Notes: generated by a model from the sequence alone, not told the origin. Shown: positions 1-10,723, counted from the stretch's first letter. The stretch: 64,000 nucleotides of DNA from a virus (IMGVR_UViG_3300025707_000003:32001-96000); one strand, 5' to 3'. Numbers and translations: made by a program.

Positions 1-155
1 AAAAATCACAATCCAAACCGAGAGAAGATCAAACTAGTTCGAGCTAGAAAGCGATCCATAGAAGTGATTTGGTCAAGTCTTTGAGAAGAAGATCGAAGTC
101 TATTTTAGAGAAATCCTTTAGAGTAGATTCTGGGTACCCTTGAGTTATCATGTGC

Positions 156-172
156 GTAACCCTTTATATATA
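156..172 (+). promoter_or_regulatory. Class B motif (GTAACCCYTTAWNTAT), putative early promoter
   Basis: gtaaccctttatatata upstream of GGAGG RBS and ATG 191; 6 copies in the window, each upstream of a non-structural gene or the tRNA-like element. Confidence 0.55.
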
Positions 173-190
173 ACTAGTAAGGAGGTAAAC

Positions 191-541
191 ATGATTACCA
201 CAAAGAAAAATGGAATGACAAAAATTGAGGTCGATGTTCTCGACTGCGATGAGTTCAAGTACGCATACGCAGACCAAATCCTACAGGAGTTGGGGGTGGA
301 TCGTAGGGACGGGGTTGAGCCTTTAAGGGGTGGTGACCCTTGGTACATACAGGGGGATTTACATGGAATCCATGTCTCTGCAACCTTCAATTCCTACGAA
401 AATCTCACCCTGAGTGTTTTCGACAAGAAAGTTTCATATAAAGATTCAATGAAAGATACTTTAAACAAATTTATTGAAACTTATAGGGAAGGGTGGAATG
501 AACATCACCACAGTACAAGAAAAAGAGAGGGTAATGTGTGA
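191..541 (+). CDS. Hypothetical protein
   Basis: ORF track 140..541; start moved to ATG 191 because of the GGAGG RBS at 181-185. Confidence 0.7.
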   Translation: MITTKKNGMTKIEVDVLDCDEFKYAYADQILQELGVDRRDGVEPLRGGDPWYIQGDLHGIHVSATFNSYENLTLSVFDKKVSYKDSMKDTLNKFIETYREGWNEHHHSTRKREGNV

Positions 542-881
542 ACCCTCATATTATAAATGGTGGCAGAATTGCTCCCCATCATTTAAAGATGTCTTGGAGA
601 AAGTCTGCAAAGAATGTGGGTCGTCTGACCCCCCGACCTTTGATGACGATACCTCAACGGTGATCTCATGCACCATTCATGGAGTTGAGATTACCATTGT
701 CAAAAACACAAACCTAAACCCGAACCTCATTAAAACAAAAATGAGGTGCAAGACTGCAAAACATGATTGGATTTCTCTTGAGGTTCAAGAGTCTAATCTT
801 TACATCCCCTATTTCCAAACATTCCTAAGCAATCTAAGGAATGTTTGGTATCAGCAATACAGAGTCGATATAGGCGTTTAA
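534..881 (+). CDS. Hypothetical protein
   Basis: ORF track 474..881; ATG 534 follows GAGAGG and overlaps the upstream stop. Confidence 0.6.
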   Translation: MCEPSYYKWWQNCSPSFKDVLEKVCKECGSSDPPTFDDDTSTVISCTIHGVEITIVKNTNLNPNLIKTKMRCKTAKHDWISLEVQESNLYIPYFQTFLSNLRNVWYQQYRVDIGV

Positions 882-1810
882 GCCTCTTCAATGCCCTTTT
901 GGATGGCTGTGATTACACCTTTAGTCTCAACAGCCATGATCGCTTCAAGAGTCGCTTGGTCATCACCGTACATCTCTAAAGCGATCTTAGCTCTCTTACT
1001 CCAATGCTTAGAGGTGTCCCACTCGATACCTCCTAAAAGAAATTTAATCTTAGAGTTATCTTTACCTACTGCAACAGCACCCTGTGCAGGATCAACATCT
1101 CCATCAATCGCTTGAAGGATTTGAGCGTTCTCTAGGTCTTGCTCATCTACTTCCTCATCAAGATCAAGATCAGAGAAAAGATCATCCTCTTCTGTGACCA
1201 CTGGCTCGACAGTAGCAGTCTTGGTCACAGAGGCTTGCATATTGTCGAGTTTAGAAACTTCCGAACTTGCTTGATTCCCATCAGAAATCACAGTCTTGGT
1301 GCTAGTCGCTGTCTTGAGATTGACCTTACCCACAGATTTAGCCCCTTGATACTCTGCGACACCATCACCTGCACTTGAAGCACCAGCAATTTCTGCTCCC
1401 GATTTATTCACCACCTTAGCAACAGGTCGAATGTCGTTATCTTGGTTCTCCACAACGAGAGGGAACTTCTTAGTTTTAGCAACCTTTTTTGGTTTAACCT
1501 CTGCAACAGCTCTTTCCTCATCATAGACGGTCTGAATAGGCATTGCTTTTTTAGGTGGTGCAGGTGCAGGTGCAGGTGCAACTTCTGCTACAGGATCACT
1601 CACACCCTCCTCAACAAGTGTTAGCCACCCTCGCTTAAGACCTGCCTTAAGTTCGGGCATATCTGTATTTTGTCCGTTGAACTTGAGTGAGAAGCCGTCA
1701 AAGTCAACGATGTCTCCCTCATAGATGTTCCTCTCAAGGCGACCAAGATGAATGGTTGAGTTTGCCTTGAGCTGAACGAAGGTCCCTTTTTTGAATGTAA
1801 AGTCACTCAT
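878..1810 (-). CDS. Hypothetical acidic protein, possibly virion-associated
   Basis: 310 aa ORF with PAPAPAP linker and acidic C-terminal part; class A motif upstream (1856-1868). Confidence 0.7.
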   Translation of the reverse strand: MSDFTFKKGTFVQLKANSTIHLGRLERNIYEGDIVDFDGFSLKFNGQNTDMPELKAGLKRGWLTLVEEGVSDPVAEVAPAPAPAPPKKAMPIQTVYDEERAVAEVKPKKVAKTKKFPLVVENQDNDIRPVAKVVNKSGAEIAGASSAGDGVAEYQGAKSVGKVNLKTATSTKTVISDGNQASSEVSKLDNMQASVTKTATVEPVVTEEDDLFSDLDLDEEVDEQDLENAQILQAIDGDVDPAQGAVAVGKDNSKIKFLLGGIEWDTSKHWSKRAKIALEMYGDDQATLEAIMAVETKGVITAIQKGIEEA

Positions 1811-1855
1811 TTATTTATTCTCCATTAATGTAGATTAGGTTATTTATACTCTACC

Positions 1856-1868
1856 TATAAACAAACTA
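1856..1868 (-). promoter_or_regulatory. Class A motif (TAGT-N3-TTTATW), putative late promoter
   Basis: tagtttgtttata on the minus strand upstream of 878..1810. Confidence 0.6.
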
Positions 1869-1924
1869 AAAATCGCAACCTATATTACCATGAACCCTAC
1901 AAATCTACACAAAAAGGAGTTCCC

Positions 1925-2392
1925 ATGTTTCTTTTATACGCTATACTATCCTACCTCCTCTGGGCATACATACACGAGTACGCTCACCTGCTAACCGCTA
2001 AAAAACTCGTAGGAGTCAAGTCTTACTCCATGAAGATCTATCCTCATACCCATCCTCGACTTGGACTTGTGTTCGCCTCTGTCAGTTATGAGTTTGAAAA
2101 AACCATGACCAAAGCTGAAAAAACTAAGATCTCTTTCGCTCCACGAATCCCAGACGCAATCGCTCTTTTCCTGTTCCCCTTCACTTATAACTTAGATCTC
2201 TTTTGGATCATATTAGTTGGAGGGGGTTTGGTCGATACCATAAGAGGTTCGTTTATCTTTAGCCCTACAAGCGACATCAAGAGATATTGTGATGGTTGGG
2301 GTTTACATTACCCCTACATCAGAACAGTCCAGTTATCGCTTGTAGGATTAAGTCTCTCTCTCTTTATTCTCCTTAGAGGATTACAAAGTTGA
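1925..2392 (+). CDS. Membrane zinc metallopeptidase-like protein (HExxH)
   Basis: Hydrophobic N-terminus with IHEYAH, further hydrophobic segments; AAGGAG RBS. Confidence 0.6.
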   Translation: MFLLYAILSYLLWAYIHEYAHLLTAKKLVGVKSYSMKIYPHTHPRLGLVFASVSYEFEKTMTKAEKTKISFAPRIPDAIALFLFPFTYNLDLFWIILVGGGLVDTIRGSFIFSPTSDIKRYCDGWGLHYPYIRTVQLSLVGLSLSLFILLRGLQS

Positions 2393-5300
2393 TAACAAGA
2401 GTTGCATCTGCGGAAAGTTCTCCACCTGTACGATTTACAGCACAAAACTTAAAGCTAGTTGCATTAACGATAGTGTGTGCATAAACCTCAACATTCTTGT
2501 CTTGGCAAGTAGCGAGGATTACGCTTGTGGATAATGCAGAGGTATTATTCACAAGAAAATCGATTGAGTGTGCGTCATCTGCAATTGCAGTGTCTATTGT
2601 TGCTGTCACTTGGAAAGACTTAGTGTTGGTAGCAAGTAATGGGTTGTTACTTGCTCCTTCATCTCCTGTAAGCCCTGTAGTTTTAGTGATTGTAAGACTA
2701 CCCGAATCAATGGTGACTTCTTGATCGTCCTCAATAGTCATAGCAAGAGTTCGAGCGTTTTCTACTGACGCTCCACCATCGGCTGATCCACCTGTCTTAA
2801 ACTCAATCGCACCACCTGTGGCATTACCTGTGGAAGCACCACCACTGATCGTAAGAGTAGTACCTGCGGTATTATCTGCACCAAGAGCAGAACCACCACG
2901 AAGCGTTCCGAGATCCACAGTAGAAAGATCTCCATCAGGAACAGCATAAGTATCCGCTGGCTCTGCTACAGATGCTCTACCATGAAAAACCTTAAAGACA
3001 CCACCCTTACCACCTGCGGTGTCTGCGGTTTCATAAACCATACCCATTAAGTAGTCGGCAGAGTTTGTATCTCCATACGCACCCACAAAACCAACATCTC
3101 TATCATCAGCCGTACTCTGATAACCAAGATAAACAGTTGGGTCTTTAAAGAGCAAGGAGGTCGAGACCGCACTGCTATTTTGAATCACACCTGAGACAGT
3201 TAAGTTCCCAACTATAGCTGTTGTAGCTTCGGTTATGGTAAGAGTAGCGTTATCTGTATTAACGATGGTCGCACCACTACCGAAGTCTAAAGTATTACCT
3301 GTTACTGTAAGATCTCCTGCTGTGATTACAGTCGAACCTGTGTGTCCACCAAGAGTCATTGAGTGGGTATTTCCTACAGAAGCACCGAGAATAGTTCCGT
3401 TTGAGAAGTCAATGTCTCCAGCGAAGGTTGCTTTCTTTAAATGAGTTAGAGTGAGGACAGGAGCAAGAACCGCACCATTCGCACCCGCTGTCTGAAGAAC
3501 AAGATCACCACCATCGCCTGTACCAACACCTCTACCAGAAGATAAGGTAAGAGTAGCTCCATCTGTGTTCCCTGCGGTTTGAGTTGGAGCTTTAATGGTC
3601 GTTGCAGTCGAAGTACCCACCCCTAATACGATGTCATTCCCACCAACAGTAAGATCACCCGCAACAGTAAGCATTTCATCAGTGTCCATAGTAAGAGTAG
3701 TAGTACCCTCACTATTTTGAATGATGTTATTGTTGATTCTGAGATCACCCGAAAGAATCGTAGTGGTTGCAGTTAGAGTGGTTGAAAACCCTGCTCCTGC
3801 AAAGGTAATGACAGTATCTGCATTCGCATTTTTAATATCATTTCCACCAACTTGAAGATCAGCAGAGGTCTTAACAATGTCTTCTGTTAAGAGTAGTGTA
3901 CCTGCTGTAGTTGAGTCGATGATTGAACCTTCAGTTAGGTTGATCTTACCACCAAGTACCGTAACATCACCTGCAAAGGAGGCATTTGATGAAGTTGCAG
4001 TGTCATGTGAGGTTAAAGTGAGAACACCTTGATAACTAGCATCGCCTGTCTTCTGACCACTGATGGTAAGAGTACGAGTACCCTCATCTGATCCTGTGAT
4101 CGTCCAACTATCACCATTCGCAGTACCCAAAGAGGACTGAATGTTGATCACTGCATTTGTAGCGTCTGCCGCTTTGACTGTAAGATCACCACCATTAATA
4201 TTAGCATCACCTGCAATAGTGAGGACACCTGCTTCATCAATAGAAGCGATTTCTGCGTCTAATCCATTCTGGAAAGTGAACTTATTATCGCCATCGGCAT
4301 TCTCGTCCACCCTAAAGAGAATGTCCCCATCTGAGTGGAACGCTAATGTCGGACTTGCAATTTTACCATTGGTAAGAGTGAGATTACCAATGGTAGTGCC
4401 TGTAAAGAAAGAGGAAGCTACTGTGGTGTCAGTGATACCACCTACTGATACTACTGCACCCCCAGTGCTAACAGTAAAGTTTTGTGTTCCAATCGCAGTA
4501 CCCACAGAGAAGTTGGTGTTTGAATGAAATTTACCACCATCTACAGTGAATGAATCTGCCGAATCATCCCACTTCAAGTAAGCGTCAGTGCCATTATCTC
4601 CACCCTTTACAAACAAGAGACTGACATCTGTGTTCGCTCCACCTTTCGCCACATCAGTGCGATCAGAATTGAAGATGATAGCGTTTCCGTCAGTGGGTGC
4701 TGACTTGACCTTAAGCGTATCGTCTAAGGTAGAAATACCTGTGACACCCAAAGTGGTCGTGATAACAGTCGCACCCGTATTTGATACGGTGAAGACAGAA
4801 GCATTAACATCAATACCACCATTAAGGTCTGCAAGACCACTGACTCCAAGAGTACCTGTAATGTCGAGGTCATAAGCAGGAGCGGCAGTCTTGATACCAA
4901 CTCGATCATTACTCGCTTGAGCAAAGATCAAGTTAGCATTGCCATCACCCTCAACCCTAAAGTCGATGTCCACACCACCTTGATTGAACACAACCTCTTC
5001 TGTGGTATTTGTAGTGACGAAGGTGAGGTAAGATTGAGTACCGTTAGCCTTAACATCTCCTTTGACTTCAAGAGATGTCGCTTCATTATCAGTGAGGTTA
5101 ATATCGAGGTCAGAACCTGCGATACTTGAAACACCACTGATCGCACCTGCTAGCGTGATACCACCACCAGAAGCGTCCAAAGAATCAACTGTAGTCGCAC
5201 CGAAGTCACAAACACCTGTTGTTGTTAAAGTGTCATTACCAAAGGTAATCGCATCAGTACCAGAGGCGATTGATCCATTATTGATAGTGAAGTTAGCAAT

Positions 5301-7121
5301 CGTGTGTCCCACGCTATCGGTGGTGATCACACCTGTATTACTTACTGAGAAGTTTGAAGCTCCATCAACAGCACCTTGTGTGATTGCACCTACAACATTT
5401 AATCCATCGGTAACTGAGAAATAAGCCGAGCTTGTGTCCCAAACTAATGAGGAGTATGTAGCACCACGATCCACTCTAATAAGAGTCTGATTCTCATCAT
5501 CGGCTTCGTCATGTCTGAAAGTGATTCCTGTGGAGCCTACAGCATCAGTGATATTAATGTTTCTTGTAACAATAAGATCTTGTCCAACAGTCAAGTCTGT
5601 TGCAGTAGAAACATTATTACTAAACGCCCATGTTGAAGAAGCGTTTGTCCAAGTAAGAGTCGCGTATGTTGGGCCATTGGTAAGGGCTACACCGATTACA
5701 GCATTTGCGGGGGTGTTATCTGTAACAACATCACTATTAAGAAGAAGGCTATGGGTTGCCCCTTTCTTAATATTAAGGTTTTTATTAGATGCAACAGTCA
5801 CATTATCATTAAGGGCAGAAGTACCCGCAATCGTAAGTGTCCCTGCCCCTGTTGTCGAAACATTCCCACTTGTAGTTAGGTCTTCTGCTCCGAAGTCTAG
5901 GTCATTACCCGCTGAATTGATTGCTCCATCAGCTAAAACAAGATTACCAATGGTAGTGCCTGTTTTGAAGGAAGAAGCTACTGTGGTGTCAGTGATACCA
6001 CCAACAGAAACAACAGCACCCCCAGTGCTAACAGTAAACTTATTCCCGCCATTATCAATCTCAATACCACCATCAGCATTTAAGAGTCCTGTAACTCCAA
6101 CAGTAGTACCAAAAGTACCTGCACCTGTGGCTGTAAGAGTTAATAACTGCAATTCTCCAAGGGTGAGGTTTCCACCAAAATCTGTTGCAGTGTGGGCATC
6201 AGTGGTCGTACCAAGTTTGAAGATGTCATCACCTTCATCCCAGAAAATAACAGCGTCATTCCCTGTTGTACCACGCTCTAAGAATAATCCGATGTCATTG
6301 GTGTTTGCAACACCAGCAACACCCTTATTAAGTCTAATGACAGTATCTTCTACATCTAAAGTTGCGGTGTTTACTGTGGTAGTGTCTCCATTAACAGTGA
6401 GATCACCTGCAATCGTCATGTCGTTTGCAATCGCAACAGTAGAAGTACCACCACCTAAAGTAAGAGTCTTCGCTCCAATATTTGCCGCAATACTAGCGTG
6501 TTCAACTGTAAAGTCAATCCCTGTCATACCAGCAAGGGTAGTGGAGCCTGCACCTAAAGAAATGCTTGTTGAGCCTACTGTCAGAGATGAGTTCTCCAAC
6601 TTAGCGTTGGTCACATTATCATCTAAGATTTTTGCAGTGATGACTTTATCTGCACCGATTGAGGAAACCCCCGCATTAGTGATTGTCACATCACCTGAGA
6701 GGGTTACATTTTTCCATTGGTCATCTGCATCCCCACCATCATTATCATAGACGAGAACTTGAGCGTCAGCGACACCTGCAATCGTCACATCATCAATGTC
6801 ATTCAGATTTGCAGACCCACCCAAGTCAACATATGCTTTGGTAGCGGCATCATTATTTGCAGTAGGGGTAGCGAGGTTTGTAATTCTTACAGTGGCATCC
6901 CCTGCGGAGTCTGCAACAGAGATCGTACCATCCACAGCCAAGGCATTTGTGCCGAGATTGGACATATCCGCTTTTAGCGTTTCAGTACCACCTTGAGTTG
7001 CCCCATCATGTACAAGAATGGTTTTCTTTGTGGTGTCGATGGTAATTTCACCAACTGCACCTGTGAAAGCCTCATTTTCAGCAGTTGTACCTCTTCTTAA
7101 TTGAACTCTTCTTACAGACAT
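2373..7121 (-). CDS. Long tail fibre / receptor-binding-like protein with Mtd-type N-terminal anchor domain
   Basis: 1582 aa, G/T/A/D-rich beta-repeat composition; N-terminus VQLRRGTTAENEAFTGAVGEITIDT matches the common phage fibre N-terminal (Mtd_N-like) motif. Confidence 0.75.
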   Translation of the reverse strand: MSVRRVQLRRGTTAENEAFTGAVGEITIDTTKKTILVHDGATQGGTETLKADMSNLGTNALAVDGTISVADSAGDATVRITNLATPTANNDAATKAYVDLGGSANLNDIDDVTIAGVADAQVLVYDNDGGDADDQWKNVTLSGDVTITNAGVSSIGADKVITAKILDDNVTNAKLENSSLTVGSTSISLGAGSTTLAGMTGIDFTVEHASIAANIGAKTLTLGGGTSTVAIANDMTIAGDLTVNGDTTTVNTATLDVEDTVIRLNKGVAGVANTNDIGLFLERGTTGNDAVIFWDEGDDIFKLGTTTDAHTATDFGGNLTLGELQLLTLTATGAGTFGTTVGVTGLLNADGGIEIDNGGNKFTVSTGGAVVSVGGITDTTVASSFKTGTTIGNLVLADGAINSAGNDLDFGAEDLTTSGNVSTTGAGTLTIAGTSALNDNVTVASNKNLNIKKGATHSLLLNSDVVTDNTPANAVIGVALTNGPTYATLTWTNASSTWAFSNNVSTATDLTVGQDLIVTRNINITDAVGSTGITFRHDEADDENQTLIRVDRGATYSSLVWDTSSAYFSVTDGLNVVGAITQGAVDGASNFSVSNTGVITTDSVGHTIANFTINNGSIASGTDAITFGNDTLTTTGVCDFGATTVDSLDASGGGITLAGAISGVSSIAGSDLDINLTDNEATSLEVKGDVKANGTQSYLTFVTTNTTEEVVFNQGGVDIDFRVEGDGNANLIFAQASNDRVGIKTAAPAYDLDITGTLGVSGLADLNGGIDVNASVFTVSNTGATVITTTLGVTGISTLDDTLKVKSAPTDGNAIIFNSDRTDVAKGGANTDVSLLFVKGGDNGTDAYLKWDDSADSFTVDGGKFHSNTNFSVGTAIGTQNFTVSTGGAVVSVGGITDTTVASSFFTGTTIGNLTLTNGKIASPTLAFHSDGDILFRVDENADGDNKFTFQNGLDAEIASIDEAGVLTIAGDANINGGDLTVKAADATNAVINIQSSLGTANGDSWTITGSDEGTRTLTISGQKTGDASYQGVLTLTSHDTATSSNASFAGDVTVLGGKINLTEGSIIDSTTAGTLLLTEDIVKTSADLQVGGNDIKNANADTVITFAGAGFSTTLTATTTILSGDLRINNNIIQNSEGTTTLTMDTDEMLTVAGDLTVGGNDIVLGVGTSTATTIKAPTQTAGNTDGATLTLSSGRGVGTGDGGDLVLQTAGANGAVLAPVLTLTHLKKATFAGDIDFSNGTILGASVGNTHSMTLGGHTGSTVITAGDLTVTGNTLDFGSGATIVNTDNATLTITEATTAIVGNLTVSGVIQNSSAVSTSLLFKDPTVYLGYQSTADDRDVGFVGAYGDTNSADYLMGMVYETADTAGGKGGVFKVFHGRASVAEPADTYAVPDGDLSTVDLGTLRGGSALGADNTAGTTLTISGGASTGNATGGAIEFKTGGSADGGASVENARTLAMTIEDDQEVTIDSGSLTITKTTGLTGDEGASNNPLLATNTKSFQVTATIDTAIADDAHSIDFLVNNTSALSTSVILATCQDKNVEVYAHTIVNATSFKFCAVNRTGGELSADATLVINFVIL
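4381..4478. repeat. Internal 98 bp duplication in the fibre gene (second copy 5941-6038)
   Basis: About 11 mismatches, mostly at synonymous positions; both copies encode FTVSTGGAVVSVGGITDTTVASSF.TGTTIGNL. Confidence 0.9.
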
Positions 7122-7163
7122 TTTAATCTCCTATGGGTAGGTGTGTTTCATATAAAGGTTAAG

Positions 7164-7176
7164 TATAAAAAGACTA
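7164..7176 (-). promoter_or_regulatory. Class A motif, putative late promoter
   Basis: tagtctttttata upstream of the fibre gene 2373..7121. Confidence 0.6.
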
Positions 7177-7186
7177 TTAATCTTAA

Positions 7187-10100
7187 TCAGCAGACTAATA
7201 CTCCGTAGTCTTCTTCAGCATAGATAACCACAAGATTAAGGAAGGTGTCATTTAAGCCATCTCCATTAAAATCAAGTGCGAAATCATTATTGACATTAAA
7301 GGCATCAGACACGAGTCCATAGTCAATAGTCTCAATATATCGACCTTTAATTATTAGATCTGCGGTTTCATTTGCTGATAAAGCAGATAAATAATGGGTT
7401 GTTAAAACAGGGATTTCTCCATTAGAGGTTCCAGTATCAACAGTGGAAGCCGTACCTAAAGTTGTTGGCACATATTTATTCTGATCATCTCCCGCATCAG
7501 TCGTGTACTTTAACACCTGCCCATTTGTAGGGTCAGTGGTAGAAATATCTGAGATTTCTTTTGCCTCAGTATTTCCTATTTCTTGAGTCACAAATGCGGT
7601 GGTAGCGATCTGTGTAGTGTCCGTATTGGTGACAGCGGTAGGTGCTGTGGGTGTTCCAGTCAGTGCGGTATCTGCAAGTTGTAATTGGACAAATGCAGTA
7701 GTGGCGACTAAAGTTGTATCGTTAGCTTTCGCTTGAGTCGTGGCTTCCACCCCATCTGCGAAAGTCTGAGCACCATCTAAAAGAGCAATGTTTGCAGTAT
7801 CCGATAAATCCTCGGAATCTATTCTTTGGTTTACAAACTGACCTGCACCATTATGGACTAATAAATGCTTGGTTGTTTCATCCCCATCCAAAGTGACATT
7901 TGATAATGCCCCAACAGAAAACGAAGTTAAAGACACAGTAGCTTCTATGGTGTCTTCCGCATCATTATTTAAGAAAGTAATACCTGTATGTGTTCCTCCA
8001 GCTAATGCTGTACCTACGGTGTCTCTAGCTTGTTCATCAGTATAATCCGCAATGTTCGCCACTGCTTCAAATTGATCATTGACCGCTGACCATGCGAGTA
8101 CATGACCATCAGTGTCATTAAGATTCGTTAAATCTACATCTGATAACCCACCAACAGAAGTCGATCCTATTTCTGTCTCTACATAAGCGGTGGTCGCAAT
8201 ACTTGTAGAATTATTTCCTTGAGCTTGAGTGGGGGCAGTGGGGTTTCCCGTTAGGGCTGGTGAAGCAAGAAACGCAATATCAGCAACATTAGAAAGATCA
8301 GCAGAAGAAATAAGTCGGTTGACATATTGGCCTGCACCATTCTCAACCAAGAAATGCTTATCCGCACCTCCCGCAATAGTCACATTATTAAGATCGTTTA
8401 GCCCCGCATTGGAGGCTAAGAAATCACCTGTATTTGAAGTAGAAGCAGTTCCAAGACCTAGAGTTGTTCTTACTGCACCTGCATCAGCATCGTCTATAAT
8501 TGAGCGACCAAAAGCAGAAATACTCGTTGTAGAAAAAGCATCTGCACCTGTAGCGTAAATGAGCTTATTTGCACCTGTAGCGACACCTGCAAGAGCCGTA
8601 AGAGTAGCATCTAAACCTTGATATGTGCCCCCAAGATTAAGAGTTACAAGATCAGCATCAATTTGAGCATCCACATAAGCAGTAGTGGCGACTTTTGTTG
8701 AATTATTTGAAGCACCTTGTGTGGTTGCAGTTGCCGTAGCAACTGTCAAATCAACGGCTCCTGTAAATACTTTATCTCCACTTAAAGTCTGATCTCCACC
8801 TAATAAAGAAATATTTCCTGTGTTAGTTAGGTCAGTGGAGGCGAGACTAACCGTTGCTGTGATCGTTCCGTCATTTGCACCTTCAGTGTCATCATACGCA
8901 AAGGTGAGATGAGTATTACCTGCGTTATTCGCAGTAAACATTGTGCCAACGAGATCTTGTACTTCTTCATCTGTAAGTTGTGTGTTGGTGTCATCCCCAA
9001 CAACAAGATTTAATGCTCCATTGAACCTAAGAACTTTACCTTCTGCTTTATTTGTAGTGTCAACATCCGACAAGATGTTGATCGAACCTAGACTCGTAAG
9101 ATCTGCACCCGAAACAGCGGGTAATCCATTTGCTCCGAGTTCTACAACATCCCCATTTGCGACACCTACATTTTTTTGAGAGGCTGTACCCAAGCTGAGG
9201 GTTGTGACCTCAGTCTGAACATAAGCTGTGGTAGCGATTTGGGTTGTATTTACACCTTGAATAGCAGTTGGAGCAGTAGGTGTGCCTGTAAGATCGGGGT
9301 CACTTAGTCTTGCGACAGTATTATCGACAACAAAGTTTAGTTTCCCACCTGCATCGTCATAAGAAACAGTAATATCTGTTTCAGTATTACCTGAAACCAT
9401 ACCTCCAACGAGATCTTGCACTTGCTCGTCAGTTAGCTGAGTATTTGTGTCTGTCTCATCGGCTTGAGTTATTTCTCCTGCAACAACTTTAAGAATCTTT
9501 CCATTAACTAATGCCCCACCTAAAGCGACATCATTTAAGTCATCAATACTTGAATTGGAAGCGAGGAAGTCACCAGTTGCGTTTGCAGAGGCAGTACCGA
9601 GATTTGAGGCAGTGATATTCCCTGTGAGTTCTAAAGCCCCTGTAATCTTGGTATCCCCTACGACATCTAGGGGTACAGTAGGGGCGTTTTGAAAGATACC
9701 GACTCGATCCGTCCCACCATCGGAGAAGATTGCGTGAGTTTTTGTACCTGTCTCTACTCTGAAGTCGATTCCATTACCTGCTTCATTAATGACTACATCA
9801 TTGTGGAAATCTACTTTAAAGTTGAAAGCAGAAGGTTTGTTGAAGACAATATTTTCAATATTGTCGGTCGTATTAAAAGTAAGATAACTATTATTTCCCT
9901 CTTTGATAGAGAAAGCAGAAGCAGTGTTATCTGTCATAGAAACTGAGACAGTAGTTCCATCAGCAGAGATGGTATCTAATGCGACATCACCTACATTCGT
10001 GAGGTTAAAATCCCCCAAAGACACATGACCTGTGAAAGTTACAGTACCATCTCTAAGAATAATGTCTGCGTTATTGGAGAGATCGGCAGAAGAGACTAAC

Positions 10101-10672
10101 TGGTTTACATATTGACCAGCACCATTTCTCACTAAAAAATGAAACTCTGCTCCTCCTGCAATGGTGACATCCCCTAAATCTGTAAGATTTGTAGCCCCAC
10201 CACCACCACCTTCTCCTGGAACCCATTCGCCAGCATTATTATCCCAAACAATCGTATTTCCATCAGCTAGACCCGCTAGATTCACATCAGAAATAAGACT
10301 TAGATTTAGGGTAGCATTTTTCCATTTCCCTGTGGCTAAATCATACTGCAAAAACTGATCGTCAGCTAAACCTGCAATCGTTACATCAGCTAACGCAGAT
10401 AATTGTGCGTTTCCTGCAAGAACTGCATTACCTACAACATCTTGCACAAATTCTGTGGTTGCAATTCGATCTGAACTTTCAGCAAGGGCGATTCCCCCTT
10501 TTATGTTAAGAGTCCAATCGCCATTTGCCCCCAAAAGATAACTTTCTTGAGCAACTGAAGGACCAGGAACGAGTCCGTCAGTCCCTGCTTTAACTCCATT
10601 TGTGCCTTCAAAAGCGGTGAGTGTGATAGATGCACCTGCTGTGGTGGTAGAACCTGATCCAAATGAACTCAT
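7187..10672 (-). CDS. Tail fibre-like protein
   Basis: 1161 aa; repeated fibre motifs TGTPTAPT...TQIATTAYV and LxDLxDV repeats. Confidence 0.75.
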   Translation of the reverse strand: MSSFGSGSTTTAGASITLTAFEGTNGVKAGTDGLVPGPSVAQESYLLGANGDWTLNIKGGIALAESSDRIATTEFVQDVVGNAVLAGNAQLSALADVTIAGLADDQFLQYDLATGKWKNATLNLSLISDVNLAGLADGNTIVWDNNAGEWVPGEGGGGGATNLTDLGDVTIAGGAEFHFLVRNGAGQYVNQLVSSADLSNNADIILRDGTVTFTGHVSLGDFNLTNVGDVALDTISADGTTVSVSMTDNTASAFSIKEGNNSYLTFNTTDNIENIVFNKPSAFNFKVDFHNDVVINEAGNGIDFRVETGTKTHAIFSDGGTDRVGIFQNAPTVPLDVVGDTKITGALELTGNITASNLGTASANATGDFLASNSSIDDLNDVALGGALVNGKILKVVAGEITQADETDTNTQLTDEQVQDLVGGMVSGNTETDITVSYDDAGGKLNFVVDNTVARLSDPDLTGTPTAPTAIQGVNTTQIATTAYVQTEVTTLSLGTASQKNVGVANGDVVELGANGLPAVSGADLTSLGSINILSDVDTTNKAEGKVLRFNGALNLVVGDDTNTQLTDEEVQDLVGTMFTANNAGNTHLTFAYDDTEGANDGTITATVSLASTDLTNTGNISLLGGDQTLSGDKVFTGAVDLTVATATATTQGASNNSTKVATTAYVDAQIDADLVTLNLGGTYQGLDATLTALAGVATGANKLIYATGADAFSTTSISAFGRSIIDDADAGAVRTTLGLGTASTSNTGDFLASNAGLNDLNNVTIAGGADKHFLVENGAGQYVNRLISSADLSNVADIAFLASPALTGNPTAPTQAQGNNSTSIATTAYVETEIGSTSVGGLSDVDLTNLNDTDGHVLAWSAVNDQFEAVANIADYTDEQARDTVGTALAGGTHTGITFLNNDAEDTIEATVSLTSFSVGALSNVTLDGDETTKHLLVHNGAGQFVNQRIDSEDLSDTANIALLDGAQTFADGVEATTQAKANDTTLVATTAFVQLQLADTALTGTPTAPTAVTNTDTTQIATTAFVTQEIGNTEAKEISDISTTDPTNGQVLKYTTDAGDDQNKYVPTTLGTASTVDTGTSNGEIPVLTTHYLSALSANETADLIIKGRYIETIDYGLVSDAFNVNNDFALDFNGDGLNDTFLNLVVIYAEEDYGVLVC

Positions 10673-10710
10673 GGTGAACTCCTTTATTTTTATACCTATT
10701 AATGTCGAGG

Positions 10711-10723
10711 TATAAAAAGAGTA
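10711..10723 (-). promoter_or_regulatory. Class A motif variant, putative late promoter
   Basis: tactctttttata upstream of 7187..10672. Confidence 0.5.

Noticed and set aside
1-84. Possible C-terminal end of an upstream gene
   Set aside because: Only 27 codons visible; frame and function cannot be supported.
4381-6038. Diversity-generating retroelement (TR/VR pair) suggested by the Mtd-like N-terminus and the 98 bp repeat
   Set aside because: Both copies are in frame within one ORF, the mismatches are mostly synonymous and not confined to adenines of one copy, and no reverse transcriptase is in the window.
5521-6750. 409 aa plus-strand ORF and other antisense ORFs over the fibre, scaffold and helicase genes
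   Set aside because: These are shadow ORFs caused by codon bias of the real minus- or plus-strand genes; they have no RBS or motif and no recognisable domains.
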